From Nemertoderma westbladi (Eukaryota; Animalia; Xenacoelomorpha): DNA of 64,000 bases. Below the pieces are notes generated by a model, which worked only from the letters and a program-made list of their open reading frames with translations, was not told the origin of the DNA and ran no database searches. Each line of letters starts with the position of its first letter. Within the stretch, counting starts at the first letter, position 1. This document shows, piece by piece, positions 39,113 through 51,319 of the stretch. Made by a program: the position numbers and the translations under genes. The stretch is from positions 8,743 through 72,742 of the forward strand of contig JAUCBJ010006257.1 of NCBI GenBank assembly GCA_032718475.1, written 5' to 3'.

Positions 39113-39757
39113 GTGAGTTATTAACCAATTTTACAAGGTTTCCCACATTTCTAAAAGGGCTTTAGTTTGGGGGCAGAAGTATTAAAATGGGGCTTGGATA
39201 TTTTGGGGGTACAAATATAATATATTTTCATTTTTGTAATTCTTTATGTGCATTATATTTTATTTCAAGACGGTTATTATTCCCTGGGGAGAAATAACTG
39301 AATTGGTGATGAATATCACCGACATTCATGTCCCGCATTTCCTGTCCAGTTCGACAACTAAAGTACTGTACATGCATAATAAGCAATAAAGAGTATTGAT
39401 AACATAAGTGGTGTACACATCCAATTAGCCCCTTCTCCTTCAAAATTTTAAAATAGTCCACATCTAAGGCATCACTTGTAGAATCTCATTATCAGCTTCA
39501 TCCATCAGTGTCAACTGATCCCTATCCAATTGAATCTCTAATACATCTAAACATCCCGCCACCATATCCACCCCCACCCAGTCCATCCCGCCACCGCCAC
39601 CATCTTGTCAAGAAAGAATTCGCTTGCGGGGCGAGCCACGAAGTGAGCGAAGCCTTAGCATATGGGTGTCATTAACGAGTTGCCTGTCGACGTCGTCTGT
39701 CGTCGTCGTAAATTTTTGATCGATAATAACTCGGTCATTCCTTGATTCAATTAAAGT

Positions 39758-40611
39758 TATTAGTTACAGACTCTTAGTTACAGACTATTAGTTACAGACT
39801 ATTAGTTACAGACTCTTAGTTACAGACTCTTAGTTACAGACTATTAGTTACAGACTCTTAGTTGCAGACTCTTATTACAGACTCTCAGTTACAGACTCTC
39901 AGTTACAGACTCTTAGTTACAGACTATTAGTTACAGACTCTTAGTTAAGACTCTTAGTTACAGACTATTAGTTACAGACTCTTAGTTACAGACTCTTAGT
40001 TACAGACTCTTAGTTACAGACTCTTAGTTACAGACTCTCAGTTACAGAATCTCAGTTACAGACTCTTAGTTACAGACTATTAGTTACAGACTCTTAGTTA
40101 CAGACTATTAGTTACAGACTCTTAGTTACAGACTCTTAGTTACAGACTATTAGTTACAGACTCTTAGTTACAGACTCTCAGTTGCAGACTCTTAGTTACA
40201 GACTCTCAGTTACAAACTCTTAGTTACAGACTATTATTTACAGACTCTTAGTTACAGACTATTAGTTACAGACTCTTAGTTACAGAATCTTAGTTACAGA
40301 CTCTTAGTTACAGACTCTCAGTTACAGACTCTCAGTTACAGACTCTTAGTTACAGACTATTAGTTACAGACTCTTAGTTACAGACTATTAGTTACAGACT
40401 CTTAGTTACAGACTCTTAGTTACAGACTCTTAGTTACAGACTCTTAGTTGCAGACTATTAGTTACAGACTCTTAGTTATAGACTATTAGTTACAGACTCT
40501 CAGTTACAGACTCTTAGTTACAGACTCTTAGTTACAGACTTAGTTACAAACTCTTAGTTGCAGACTCTTAGTTGCAGACTCTTAGTTACAGACTCTCAGT
40601 TGCAGACTATT
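39758..40611. repeat. 14-bp minisatellite TAGTTACAGACT(CT/AT), about 60 copies
   Basis: Directly visible. Confidence 0.97.
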
Positions 40612-40625
40612 GTGACGAGGATCGT

Positions 40626-40839
40626 CGGGTGAATACAAAACAAAGTCCCAAGACTTTACTGCCCGTTCTGTACAAAACAAAGAGGTAAAGTCACATTAGG
40701 TCCCAAAGAGCGTTAGGTCCCATTGCTACTTAAAGGAGCATGTTAGAAAAGGAGCAGGTTACAGAGGCGTGCTGTGGGAACCAAAACAATAAACGAAAGT
40801 TAACAATTGGATCTTTGGTCTTTGTTTTGTACTCACCCG
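40626..40839. mobile_element. 214-bp MITE with ~28-bp TIRs and a probable 8-bp TSD (hAT-like)
   Basis: Left cgggtgaatacaaaacaaagtcccaaga vs reverse complement of the right end cgggtgagtacaaaacaaagaccaaaga. Flanks aggatcgt / gggatcgt match 7/8. Confidence 0.65.
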
Positions 40840-41041
40840 GGGATCGTCGGTATAATATGATTAAACAATTTGTTTGATTTATGGAAATAAATCATGAATG
40901 AATTTGTATAATTAAATTTTCCATAAAATATTTGGTGCTGGAAGAATTGTTTTTGGTTGACAAGTAGTTATTTTAGGGAGATTGAATACACCCTAGTTGT
41001 TTTTGGGGCACAAACTGCAATGTTGTAACTCGACTTTGAAA

Positions 41042-41482
41042 GTCGCGGTACGGCTACTCAAAAAAGTCGCGTTACGGCAAATTGTCGCGTTTCAGATAAT
41101 CTATTGTCTTGGTTTTACATAAGGAATCATTATCAATATTATTCTATGGTCTTTACGTACAGAGGAGGTCCGAAAATTGTAATGTAATAATGTTTTACAG
41201 CATGTGAGTATCGACATATTCTTTCGCATTCCCTCGCGCTAACAGGAAATAATAGGAAAGAAATAGGAAAGATGGTAAAATCTCTCATCCCCCCCCCCCC
41301 CCCCCCTGAAACTCACATGCTGCAAAACATGATTAAATTACATTTTTCGGACCTCATCTGTACGTAAACACCATAGAATAATATTTATAATGATTCCCTC
41401 TGTAAGGCCAAGACAATAGAGTAGCCGATACGCGACAGTTAGCTGTAGAGCGCTACAGTAGCCGTAACGCGAACACCCACTG
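41042..41482. mobile_element. MITE with ~130-bp imperfect inverted arms; right end CCCACTG|TA is Tc1/mariner-like, left end truncated
   Basis: About 41083-41210 and 41308-41436 are reverse complements. The sub-terminal motif GTCGCG(G/T)TACGGC(TACT) is repeated at both ends, and the spacer contains a poly-C tract. Confidence 0.7.
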
Positions 41483-41696
41483 TATCGCTTGTTGGGATGT
41501 CTTGGGAAATACTTGAGTTTCTGGGAAACACACGATGTACGGTATAGTGAAGTCATCATTATTGAGCAGTTTTACAGTCAGCTTTCCAACCAACCAGACG
41601 ATCAAACGATGGATATTCGTGTAAACTTTGCTGTTACCTTGGAAGATGGTTGGGTGAGAAGATTAATTGTTTGTTATGACGCAGCAGATTCCATAC

Positions 41697-42915
41697 GATA
41701 GGAATGTGTAAGATGGGAAATGTGGGAAGATGGATGGGAATGTGTAAAGATGTGAATGTTGGAAAGTTGGAATGTGGGAAGATGGATGGGAATGTGTGAA
41801 GATGTGAATGTTGGAAGATGGGAATATGGGAAGATGGGAATATGTGAAGTTGGGAATGTGTGAAGTTGGGAATGTTGGAAGATGGGAGGATGTGAATGTG
41901 GGAAGATGAGAATGTGGGAAGATGATAATTTAGAAAGATGGGATTTTAGTGAGATGGATTGGAATGTGGGAAGATGGATGGAAATGTGGGAAGATGGATG
42001 GGAATGTTCGAAGATGGGAATGTGGGAACATGATAATTTAGAAAGATGGGATTTTAGTGGGATGGATGGGAATGTGGGAAGATGGATGGGAATGTGGGAA
42101 GATGTATGGGAATGTGGGAAGATGGATAGGATTGTGTGAAGTTGGATGGGATGTGTGAAGGTAGATGGGAATGGGGGAAGGTGGATGCGAATGTGGGAAG
42201 ATGGATGGCAATGTGGGAATATGGATGGCAATGTGGGAAGATGAATGGGAATGTGAGAAGATGGATGGCATTGTGGGATGATGGGAATGTGGGAATATTG
42301 CTAGAAATGTGGGAAAATGGATGGGATGTGTGAAGGTAGATGGGAATGTGGGAAGATAGGAATATGGGAAGATGAATAGGAATTTGGAAAGATGGATGGG
42401 AATGTGGGAAGATGGATGGCAATGTGGGAAGGTGGATAGGATTGTGGGAAGTTGGATGGGGTGGGAAGATAGGAATATGGGAAGATGAATTGGAATTTGG
42501 AAAGATGGATGGGAATGTGGGAGATAGGTGGAAATATGGGAATTTGGATAGGAATGTGGAAAATGGATTTGGAAGTGGGAATATAAAAATGCGGCAATGT
42601 GGATTGGAATGTGGGAAGGTGGATGGGAATGTGGGAAGATGGGTGGAAATGAAGGAAGATGGGAATGATGGAATATGGGTAGAATGTGGGAAAATTGGAA
42701 GATAGATGAGAATGTGGGAATGAGGGAAGATGGATGGGAATCTGGGAAGATGAATTGGAATTTGGAAAGATGGATGGGAATGTAGGAATGTGGAAGATAG
42801 GTGGAAATATGAATGGGAATTTAGATAGGAGTGTGGATAAATGGATTGGGAAGTGGGAATGTGAAGTGGATGGGAATGTGAACAGGTGGATGGGAATGTG
42901 GAATGGTGGGAAAAA
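41697..42915. repeat. Degenerate purine-rich repeat (GATGGATGGGAATGTGGGAA-like)
   Basis: Almost C-free + strand. A short inverted remnant lies at about 43205-43295. Confidence 0.9.
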
Positions 42916-43374
42916 ATAGGAGTGATGCAATATAGTATGTTGTTTAGGTTATAAAAAAAAAGCTTCTACCTAACCTATTCGTTTCTCTCAATGGTAACAA
43001 CATCGTTTATTAGTTTTGTTCAAAACCCTGCCTCTGTTAACTGTTCAATTCCATCAATTGATAATCTTTGGTTACAAAAGTCCGCCTTTGTAACCTGTCC
43101 ATATATTGTTAATTGCTCTGGTTAGAAAATATCCTGCCTTTGAAACCTGCAATTTTCCCTCAATTGGTAACAACATAGTTTATTGACCCTCAATTGATAA
43201 AACATACCCCATCCATATTGCCACATTCAAATCCACTTTCCCACACCCGTCTTCTAATATTCCTACCTTCTCACATTCCCATCGACCTTCCCAAATTCGT
43301 GTGATTTACAGTTTCGAATTGAGATATAAATATTTACTTTATCATATATAAGTAAATTTAACGGATTTATAAAT

Positions 43375-43696
43375 AAATCCGTACAACGAGATAAACGTTG
43401 AAACTTTGGGAGTAAAAGTGTCTTAAAGGAAATCCGTACAAGAGAGATAAATGGCTAGATAGACGTTGTAACTTTGGGAGTAAAAGTGGACCTAGTTGTG
43501 TCTTAAAGGAAATCCGTACAAGAGAGATGGCGAGATAGACGTTGTAACTTTGGGAGTAAAAGTGGACCTCGTTGTGTCCTAAAGGAAATCCGTACAAGAG
43601 AGATGGCGAGATAGACATGGTAACTTTGGGAGTAAAAGTGGACCTCGTTGTGTCCTAAAGGAAATCCGTACAAGAGAGATGGCGTGATAGACGTTT
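43375..43696. repeat. 76-bp tandem repeat, about 4 copies
   Basis: aatccgtacaagagagat recurs at 43431, 43511, 43587 and 43663. Confidence 0.9.
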
Positions 43697-45140
43697 ATTA
43701 ACTAATTAAGAAGTTCCAGGTAATTAAATTGTATCAAAACAATGAGTTTGCTTCAATAACCACCAAAATGTTTTAAAACTCAATATAATATACTAAAATG
43801 CTTTTCACAATGAATTTAAAACAAATATAAATTTGTGCATAGTGACTACAGAAACACAATATTGTGACATAAGTGTATTGCATAAGTGTCTAATATTAAA
43901 TGAAGATGACATTTTAACCTGAAAAAAATTATTAATAAAGCACCACTAAATGTTAGCATTAGCCCCCTTCACTAAAATGCAAAATGAAGCCTATGGCATA
44001 AATAGTTAATAACGCAGCTGTATAAGACGATATCACAGTAATGGGATTGAGCTCAAATGTTCGCGCTGTGGAATATATTCCGTAAGGGCATTGCCTCTAC
44101 ATTAATTATTGCTAAGCTAATACATGAAAAAACTATTGTTTTCTTACTTATAGGTTCTTCCATTGAAATATTTCGAATCTGTTCAGAAATCAGTTCACTC
44201 ACACGTTTGCAAAGTATTTGCGTAGCAGTTAAAACTGAACAGCAATAATGTTGCATTATTTCTAAACCGGTTATACAACATATCTGAAGAGGAATCTCAC
44301 GCTTGGGCATTGGTGTTATCATTAAAATAAGTTAGGAAATTAATAATTTTGTAACAACAGCGAACAGCACATAGGTCAATGTTTATATTACATGTACATT
44401 AAGTGTACATTAACAGTACATATATACAGCGTCATATAAAATCAATACGCACCAAAGGTTGTCCGTTTCATAAAGACGGAACAAAAGTTGTACCAATACC
44501 CGAGATTGTTTACACCCGAAAAATCTTAAATATTTACACAAAAAAACAAATACAATCACCCTATAATGTTACTTAAAATACTTGCCGGTTTAAAATGATA
44601 TCTATATTACATATATACATACAGTACATACTTATGTGTGAAGTAACCCTTTGGTGTATACTGTTGTCTGATGGATGGGTTTATCACACAATCAGAACTT
44701 TGTAAACTTTTCAGGTTTGTATTGTATGTAGTTTTCTAATATTGTAATAATAGGAAACAAGAAACTCCTGCTGAAGAGAAAATGGCGTACATGAAAAACT
44801 ATTACTGTTAGAAAATAGTGTAATATATTTTTGGAGGAATTTCTCAAATTGAATTGATAGAGTATTGGATCTGGTATAGGTGATTCGGCCTATTTAACTA
44901 TTAATTAATAATTTTATTTTGTTTTATTTTATTTAAAACTAATATTATAATTAAAGAGTTAATAAATTTCCCAATAATAAGAGAAGGTCATATGAGAAAC
45001 GTGCATTCGAATCGTAAAGTGTTACAGCAATAAATATTTATTATATATACAAACGTGCTTCAATTCCGGCTGACTCTGGAATGTTTGCCTAACGAGGGTT
45101 ACAAGCGTGATCAATTATACATTAACGAATTATGTGGGAA

Positions 45141-45849
45141 ATATAATTATTTATTACGGGAAAAAAGTAGAACTTTTTTCACTATTCTCGAGGCATTTTA
45201 TTTACCGAGCTCCAACGAGGTTAATAAATAACGGGTCGAGAGAATATTGAAAAAAAATGTTCTACATTTTTTTCCAAGTTATACGTAGTTTTATTCTTAA
45301 AGCATGGTACTTTTTTGTTGCTTAATTATTTAATAAAAGACTAAAAGAGCAATTGTTACAAAATAAATTGAACTGTAGTATTTTACTATATTGCTTCCAT
45401 AGTTACTGCGATTCAAATTATTGTACTCTTCAACTCCTGACGCTGCCTTACTCAATGTTAAATAATTTAGTGTTCTAGAATATTTATTACGTAACTAGAG
45501 AGCCGCTTAACAACATAAACCAATATTAGATATTGAGTTCCGTTTTGGAGTTCGCCACGCAGACACTAAAGTTGAAATAACTTTTGAGTGAGTAAATGGA
45601 TTTTGCTCAAATTACTTGCAAACATTTTCTACTTCGATGCTCTGTCAACACATGTAATAAAAATTAAGAAATTCCACCAAAAATATTTTAACTTACCTTT
45701 TTCGCCGGGCGGGAAAAAAGTAAAATCTATGCAATCCCATGGGTTACTTTTTTTTACGAGGTAAAAACCCTTTTTACCCTTTTGTACCCTTTTTCTATAT
45801 TGGTATACCAATGTTGCAACACATTTGCAACAGTAACAATTTAAGAATA
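45141..45849 (+). mobile_element. Dispersed repeat copy B (longer copy of 21702-22245)
   Basis: Collinear similarity with copy A over several hundred bp. Confidence 0.8.
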
Positions 45850-46899
45850 AAGCTATTTTACTCTCATGTAATACGTATAAATTTATTCTACTGGATAACC
45901 TAGTGTCGCATAAGATTGATTATATTCGTCCAGAATATAACCAACCGCCGAGTCACTGCTGACTGCAGTATTGCAAATGAATATGAAGTACAATTATTTT
46001 ACGAAGTACTGGCTGCTGACTGGTAGCAAGTGTTGCACGCAGTATGACGCTCATTATTATTCCTCTAGAAACATGTATTTATATTGGGCACTCTAACTCC
46101 CAAGAGAGAATAAGAGCAATCTTAAATCATCCCTCTATAAAGCGGGTATAAAGGCAAATTTAAAGAATAAATTATTGCAAAATATGCAGATTTTGGTATT
46201 TGCACTCGCGCACTCGCTATGCTCGTTCGCGAATCAATACAATCGGATCATCACACTATAAAGTGCCACTTTACACACAAGTATGGGAATGATTATTATT
46301 TTACACTGTTAACTTATTCACTACACCCATTCACACGGTATGTCATACCTTTCCATGTTCACAGATTCACATCATAAGATAAGAACTATGAACGGCGTGT
46401 TGTGGGTTCATGTTAAATAAGTTAAACATATATTTTGATTTGGAGGATTTTTCAAACTAACAAATTCTTGAAAATAAATTATCACAATTATACAATATAT
46501 GACATGTGTATAATTGAGATAATAATAAAAATATAATAATTAAGAAACATAATATTATGTATCTTAACTTGGAAAAAAGTTAACAGAGCAAAATAAATTC
46601 ACGTTTTGCATGGGGAATAAATGAAGAACATTATTTCCCGTGCAATTAATAATTATATATTCTAAAAGTATAGATTCACCTACTGACAACTCAAATGATA
46701 GACAGAACTGCAAATAATTTGTCAATTTTAGGTTTAGTAGTTCTGTATGTGTACTGTAGTACTGTACATGAAATAAAATGATTTCAATCCGGTAAGTAAA
46801 ACATTCCACAAAAGAACCTAAATAAAAGCGAATTAATTTAATAACTAAAATAAATTAAATATCTAAAGACATTAAAAACAAACGGCGTTCTCGAGGTAA

Positions 46900-47235
46900 T
46901 CGTTCTATAACACAAGATAGGGGAATTCAGGAACACAGGATAAGTCTGTTCTAGAACATAGGATAAGGGTGTTCTAGAACATAGGATAAGTGTATTCTAG
47001 AACATATGATAAGTGCGTTGGAGAACGTATCATTATGGCTTTTCAGAATGAATGATATTGTTCTAGAACATAAGATAAGGGTTTTCTAGAACGAAGGATA
47101 ATAATGGTGTGCAGAAGGTAGCTGGGTTTATATCGCTAGAATATGATAAGGGGATTCCAGGGAGTAAACTTTGGTAAAGACGTTATGGCACGTATAATAA
47201 TGGAGTTCTAGAATGCAAGGTAATGGCGTTCTATT
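46900..47235. repeat. Degenerate ~23-bp repeat containing the palindrome GTTCTAGAAC, immediately downstream of the AGL stop
   Basis: gttctagaacataggataag and variants recur at about 46948, 46971, 46994, 47060, 47082 and 47205. Confidence 0.75.
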
Positions 47236-47241
47236 GGATCA

Positions 47242-50200
47242 CTATTTCGGCACACGATACAAGTCGTAAAGAACGTCCAACATTCCTCCCACACTCCACG
47301 CCTGTATGGGGCAGGAGAAGGGACACGACTCTCCATTCTTATTGGTCAGTTCGGGCAACCCGTGCCAAGGACTCGCCTCCAGTGCGGCCTGTTGCCGCGA
47401 AAGGCGCTGCTTCGCGTAGCGGAATGCGGCGTCCAGACACCCGGGATCGGCGGCCTCCATGCGAGCCGCGACGGCAAGTTTAGCTCGAAGGAAGAAGGCG
47501 GTGAGCCACAACCACTCGGGGCCCTGGTGGTAGTTGAACCCGCGAGCCACATCGGGATCAGATGAATCGTCGGACTGGTCGTAGTACGGATGGTACTTCC
47601 AGTCCCCGGGGTCCAGACTCCGCATTCCGAGAGGAGCCGCCAGCTTCTCTTCCGCGAGCCCGAGCGCCCGCCACGCGCGGCTCGCCGTGAACATCTCGGG
47701 CCCGGTCACCATAGCGACGAGGAAGTTGGGCCGCAGTCGGTGGTCGTCCCACGGACGGGAGGAGCCAACCGAGTCGCGGTAGATCCCGCGGAGGTTGGAG
47801 TACGGCTCCAACGTACCCGTCGGATCCACCCAGAACAGCGGCTCGAAACTCCGATCGATGAGCGCGGCCCATTGAGCGAATGTAACCTCCTCCGCGCCGA
47901 CCTTTATCCCGGGGCGCGGATACCTCCCGTCGCCATGACAACCGGCCAACCAACCCACGACCCCGCGACACAACCCGACCAGCTCGACCGCCGTCCCATC
48001 CCGCGGCGTCGCCGGAACCCCGCGGGTCCCCGCCCGTTCGCTCTCGCCCATTTTATCCATCCAGGTTCCGCAATTGTGTTCGTTCCCCCCGTAGGGGAAC
48101 CCAGTGGCCCAATCGATCCCGGCTGTCACTACGAATCCCTCCCACTTCATGTGAGCGTCGATCCCTGATCCCGCCCCCCGTTCGATAAACTCGATCCCGT
48201 TCCCGTGGCTCTCCAACCCGCGCTGCATCACCTCGTACAGAAACTCCTCCTTATTCTCTTCGTCTTCCCACATCGAAACAACGTGGGACTTCAATATCTC
48301 GAAGCCGCTTGGGGCCATCTCGCAGTAATCTCTGATGCAGTACAACCACCACCAGATGGCGTCCCTACAGTTATACCGAGCGTGGGTCCCGGCCCCGAGG
48401 AGATTCGGTATCAAACCGTGTCGCATAGTCCCTCCGTAGGCGAGGATGAGATCCCGAGCCTCGTCCCACCGACCCGTGACCAGCAGCAGACCGCGGGCCG
48501 CTATGAACGTGTCGCGACCCCAGTTACGCATAATACCGGAAGCGAAGTGAGGCAGACCAGCGGCCATGGAGGGGAGACGTTGTTCGAGGAGACCAGAAGT
48601 CGGGTTCAATCGGGTGGGAAGTCGAGGTAGACTGGAGGAAACCGCGGGGAGGGGAGCCGAATCAACCACTCCCATCAGCTGGACGCTCCCGAGGGAGAGC
48701 TCCTTAACAAAGGTCGAACCTTTCTTAACGAAATCGCTCATATTCGAGTACATAACGTCGAGGATGTTTATGAAAGCGCCGGTGACTATAGCATCGAAGT
48801 AACACGGGATGAGGTAGCGAGGAAGGAGTTTAAGTCGGTCGAATACGTTGGCGAACCAGGCGCCGATTGCCTGAGTGCGAGGGTTCATTGACAATCGGTT
48901 GGATATGTAGCCGGGCATCCAGTCACCGTCGCGGAGATTGTCGCAGAACGGATGGCCGAGATCGTTACCGATACGGAGCTGGGAGAGGACCGACACGAAC
49001 CCGAAGAGGCCGCAGTACGGGAGGTCCCCGTGTCGCGGCACGTTGTAGGCGGAGATCCCGTTACCGTCCGAGAGCTCCTCGTCGCTGCAACGGTAGAGAA
49101 CGCGGTTCAACTCAGACAGACTGAGCTCCCGGACGAGGTTGACAAAGTCGGCGGGGCGGAGGTCCTGCGGGGAGTCGGCCACGGCTGACCGGTAACCGAA
49201 GCGGACCAGTTCGTTACGGATCGACTGGACGGCGGACGCCGAGGTCGGGGCTAGGGAAACCTTGAGGACGAAAACCGAACCCGGAGGGAAGTCGGTGAAC
49301 TCAAGTTCCTGCACGGCCCCATCCGTTTCCGCCTTCACCTCGAACATCCCGCTGTCGGAAACCGCCACGTTATCCCTAATTGCCAACCGATACCCCGCCA
49401 GTCCGTTTATATACGAGGCATCGCGACGGTACGACGGGGCGTACTTCCTCGTCTCGAGTTTGGCCTCGAGAAGGACTTTATCGACGCGCCCCGGGACGCA
49501 GAGAGATGGAACGTTGGTCGGGGTGTCTGGGGGCTGCGTGAACGAGGTGCGGGCCACCAGAACCACGGAGTGGTGCAGCGACGGACAATGTCGCGTCACC
49601 GCCACAATGTCCGCATCTACTTGGTCAACATAAACCTCGTTGAACCCGCGAGTAGACAACATCTGGTGTAGGTGGTTCAAGGCTTTCTTCCCCTTTAGGA
49701 TTCCGTTGTTTATATTAACTACCCCCGGCGTCTCCGCCCCGGAGTTCTTCCCTCCCATAACCGCCTCTCCTTCCCAGTTGTTGTACATCCGATTCTCGGT
49801 AACCACGTGGATCTGATGTGGAACCAACTCGTCGTAGCCCCGGTTGCTCCCGGTCGAGCAGCAGCCCATTGCGACGATAGCCGCCGTCGGCAAGGCGTCG
49901 TAAACGGAACGGCGTGCGATCACCGCCGGGTTGTCGTGCGTCTGGTCCATAAACACGGCGTGGGCCACGGACGGTACGAGGGGCCGCACGCACGGCTGTA
50001 TGAAGGAGCCGACCGGATCGCCACCGTACCGGTGAACCAGTCGGCCTTCCTCGTGGCTGTCCGGCGCCGACATCGCCTCCCGGATCAGCGAGTTGATCCC
50101 GAGTCGATTCACGAAAACGTTGTCCACGTCGGAGGAGCCGGTGAAGAGTTCCGCAACGACGTAGAGATCGGGGTTGACCGCCCGACCGCAGTCCAGCAGC

Positions 50201-51237
50201 CACGATGCGAAGTCCAACGGCGTGCTGTGGCAGTTGTCCAGACGGATTCCGTCGAAGGCCCCCGCGGTCAGCTCCATGTAGCGCCGCATCCGGTCCCACA
50301 GAGCGGGACAGTCGTCCCGCGATGTCCCGTACCTCAGCTTTATGCTGTCCCCCCAGGCGATCAGCTCGCGCCGCAGGTAGACCAGCCCCGGTGCCGCGGC
50401 GAAGTTCCGCAGCGGATCGTCGTTCATGACCCACCCGTTGTGAGCCATAACGAGCGCGGCTCGGCTCGGCTCCCTCGCCATGCGTTCCTCCTCATCCACC
50501 GACGTCGCCTCCCATCTGTGGTAGAAGTACGGCGTCGCTATTGGGTGTTGCTTGGAGACGGGCCCGCATTTGGGGCCCCCATCCTGCACGTAGAAGTATT
50601 GGGTAGACCGGGCCACACACTCAACCGCCTGCAGCAGATGGTCCCAAACATCGGTTTCCTTGGCAATGTTAAGTGCATTCAGATGCTCTTTAAACGCATT
50701 CACGGATAACTTCTGGCGCTCAGTCTCCGAAATGTTCTCCCCTCTGGAAATGTTAAACGCCCTGAGTGCGAGCTCTAAATCCACAGTGCATGAGAGTCGC
50801 ATGTACTGGGGGTCCTGCACAATGGTCACTGCGTCGGCAGACTCAGCTGGTGTACTCGCACCCCCCAGCTGAGACACTCGGCTAGCGAATTCCTTGACAG
50901 AACTCTCCACGTTCACCTGGTAGAACTGCGACAGTTTGTACGTCGGTATCACGACGTCTCTCAGGGCCGCTTGGAGCGCGGAGATGTGGTCCGCGCTGGT
51001 TATGTTGGACGGGACGTTGCGGAACTCCCACTGGCCTTGGGAGACCTCGACCCCGAAATGGTAGAGGATGCGGTCGAGGAGGTAGGCGGGTCGGAGGTAG
51101 GGGGAGTTGGCGAGGTTGAATGCGCACTGGGGTTCGGCGGTGATCCAAGCCGAGTCGTTGGAGGTGTGGTTGAGAACCACGTCGCAGATGGAGAGGACAC
51201 CGTGATCGCGTCGCAGTCGATCTAGGAACGAAGTGAC
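47242..51237 (-). CDS. AGL: Glycogen debranching enzyme (4-alpha-glucanotransferase / amylo-1,6-glucosidase), coding exon 2
   Basis: Motifs DVVLNHT, GIRLDNCHSTP, VVAELFTGS, MDQTHDN, AAGLPHF...RNWGRDTFI, GTWMDKMGES, GFNYHQGPEW and GLPELTN...SCPIQAWS. Acceptor tttgtttcag|GTC at 51238/51237. Confidence 0.97.
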   Translation of the reverse strand, partial: VTSFLDRLRRDHGVLSICDVVLNHTSNDSAWITAEPQCAFNLANSPYLRPAYLLDRILYHFGVEVSQGQWEFRNVPSNITSADHISALQAALRDVVIPTYKLSQFYQVNVESSVKEFASRVSQLGGASTPAESADAVTIVQDPQYMRLSCTVDLELALRAFNISRGENISETERQKLSVNAFKEHLNALNIAKETDVWDHLLQAVECVARSTQYFYVQDGGPKCGPVSKQHPIATPYFYHRWEATSVDEEERMAREPSRAALVMAHNGWVMNDDPLRNFAAAPGLVYLRRELIAWGDSIKLRYGTSRDDCPALWDRMRRYMELTAGAFDGIRLDNCHSTPLDFASWLLDCGRAVNPDLYVVAELFTGSSDVDNVFVNRLGINSLIREAMSAPDSHEEGRLVHRYGGDPVGSFIQPCVRPLVPSVAHAVFMDQTHDNPAVIARRSVYDALPTAAIVAMGCCSTGSNRGYDELVPHQIHVVTENRMYNNWEGEAVMGGKNSGAETPGVVNINNGILKGKKALNHLHQMLSTRGFNEVYVDQVDADIVAVTRHCPSLHHSVVLVARTSFTQPPDTPTNVPSLCVPGRVDKVLLEAKLETRKYAPSYRRDASYINGLAGYRLAIRDNVAVSDSGMFEVKAETDGAVQELEFTDFPPGSVFVLKVSLAPTSASAVQSIRNELVRFGYRSAVADSPQDLRPADFVNLVRELSLSELNRVLYRCSDEELSDGNGISAYNVPRHGDLPYCGLFGFVSVLSQLRIGNDLGHPFCDNLRDGDWMPGYISNRLSMNPRTQAIGAWFANVFDRLKLLPRYLIPCYFDAIVTGAFINILDVMYSNMSDFVKKGSTFVKELSLGSVQLMGVVDSAPLPAVSSSLPRLPTRLNPTSGLLEQRLPSMAAGLPHFASGIMRNWGRDTFIAARGLLLVTGRWDEARDLILAYGGTMRHGLIPNLLGAGTHARYNCRDAIWWWLYCIRDYCEMAPSGFEILKSHVVSMWEDEENKEEFLYEVMQRGLESHGNGIEFIERGAGSGIDAHMKWEGFVVTAGIDWATGFPYGGNEHNCGTWMDKMGESERAGTRGVPATPRDGTAVELVGLCRGVVGWLAGCHGDGRYPRPGIKVGAEEVTFAQWAALIDRSFEPLFWVDPTGTLEPYSNLRGIYRDSVGSSRPWDDHRLRPNFLVAMVTGPEMFTASRAWRALGLAEEKLAAPLGMRSLDPGDWKYHPYYDQSDDSSDPDVARGFNYHQGPEWLWLTAFFLRAKLAVAARMEAADPGCLDAAFRYAKQRLSRQQAALEASPWHGLPELTNKNGESCPFSCPIQAWSVGGMLDVLYDLYRVPK

Positions 51238-51319
51238 CTGAAACAAAAACATACTTGTGAGGATCCAGACAACCCGTTATTACAACACACTGCAACAAAC
51301 GAAGAAATAAGTTTCAACA

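Noticed and set aside
40611-40625. TGTGACGAGGATC resembling the reverse complement of the solo-LTR end (TGTGACGGGATC)
   Set aside because: No matching second terminus or TSD was found, and the match is too short to call an LTR.
41343-41364. CAGATGAGGTCCGAAA (minus strand) resembling a hammerhead core
   Set aside because: It has CAGA instead of CUGA, no viable stem II or stem I, and is part of a MITE arm.
41674-42930. His/Pro/Ser-rich and Trp/Gly-rich ORFs
   Set aside because: These are translations of the low-complexity purine-rich repeat.
47223-51298. Overlapping alternative-frame and antisense ORFs within AGL (and likewise LZTR1)
   Set aside because: These are by-products of GC-rich coding sequence with no recognisable domains.
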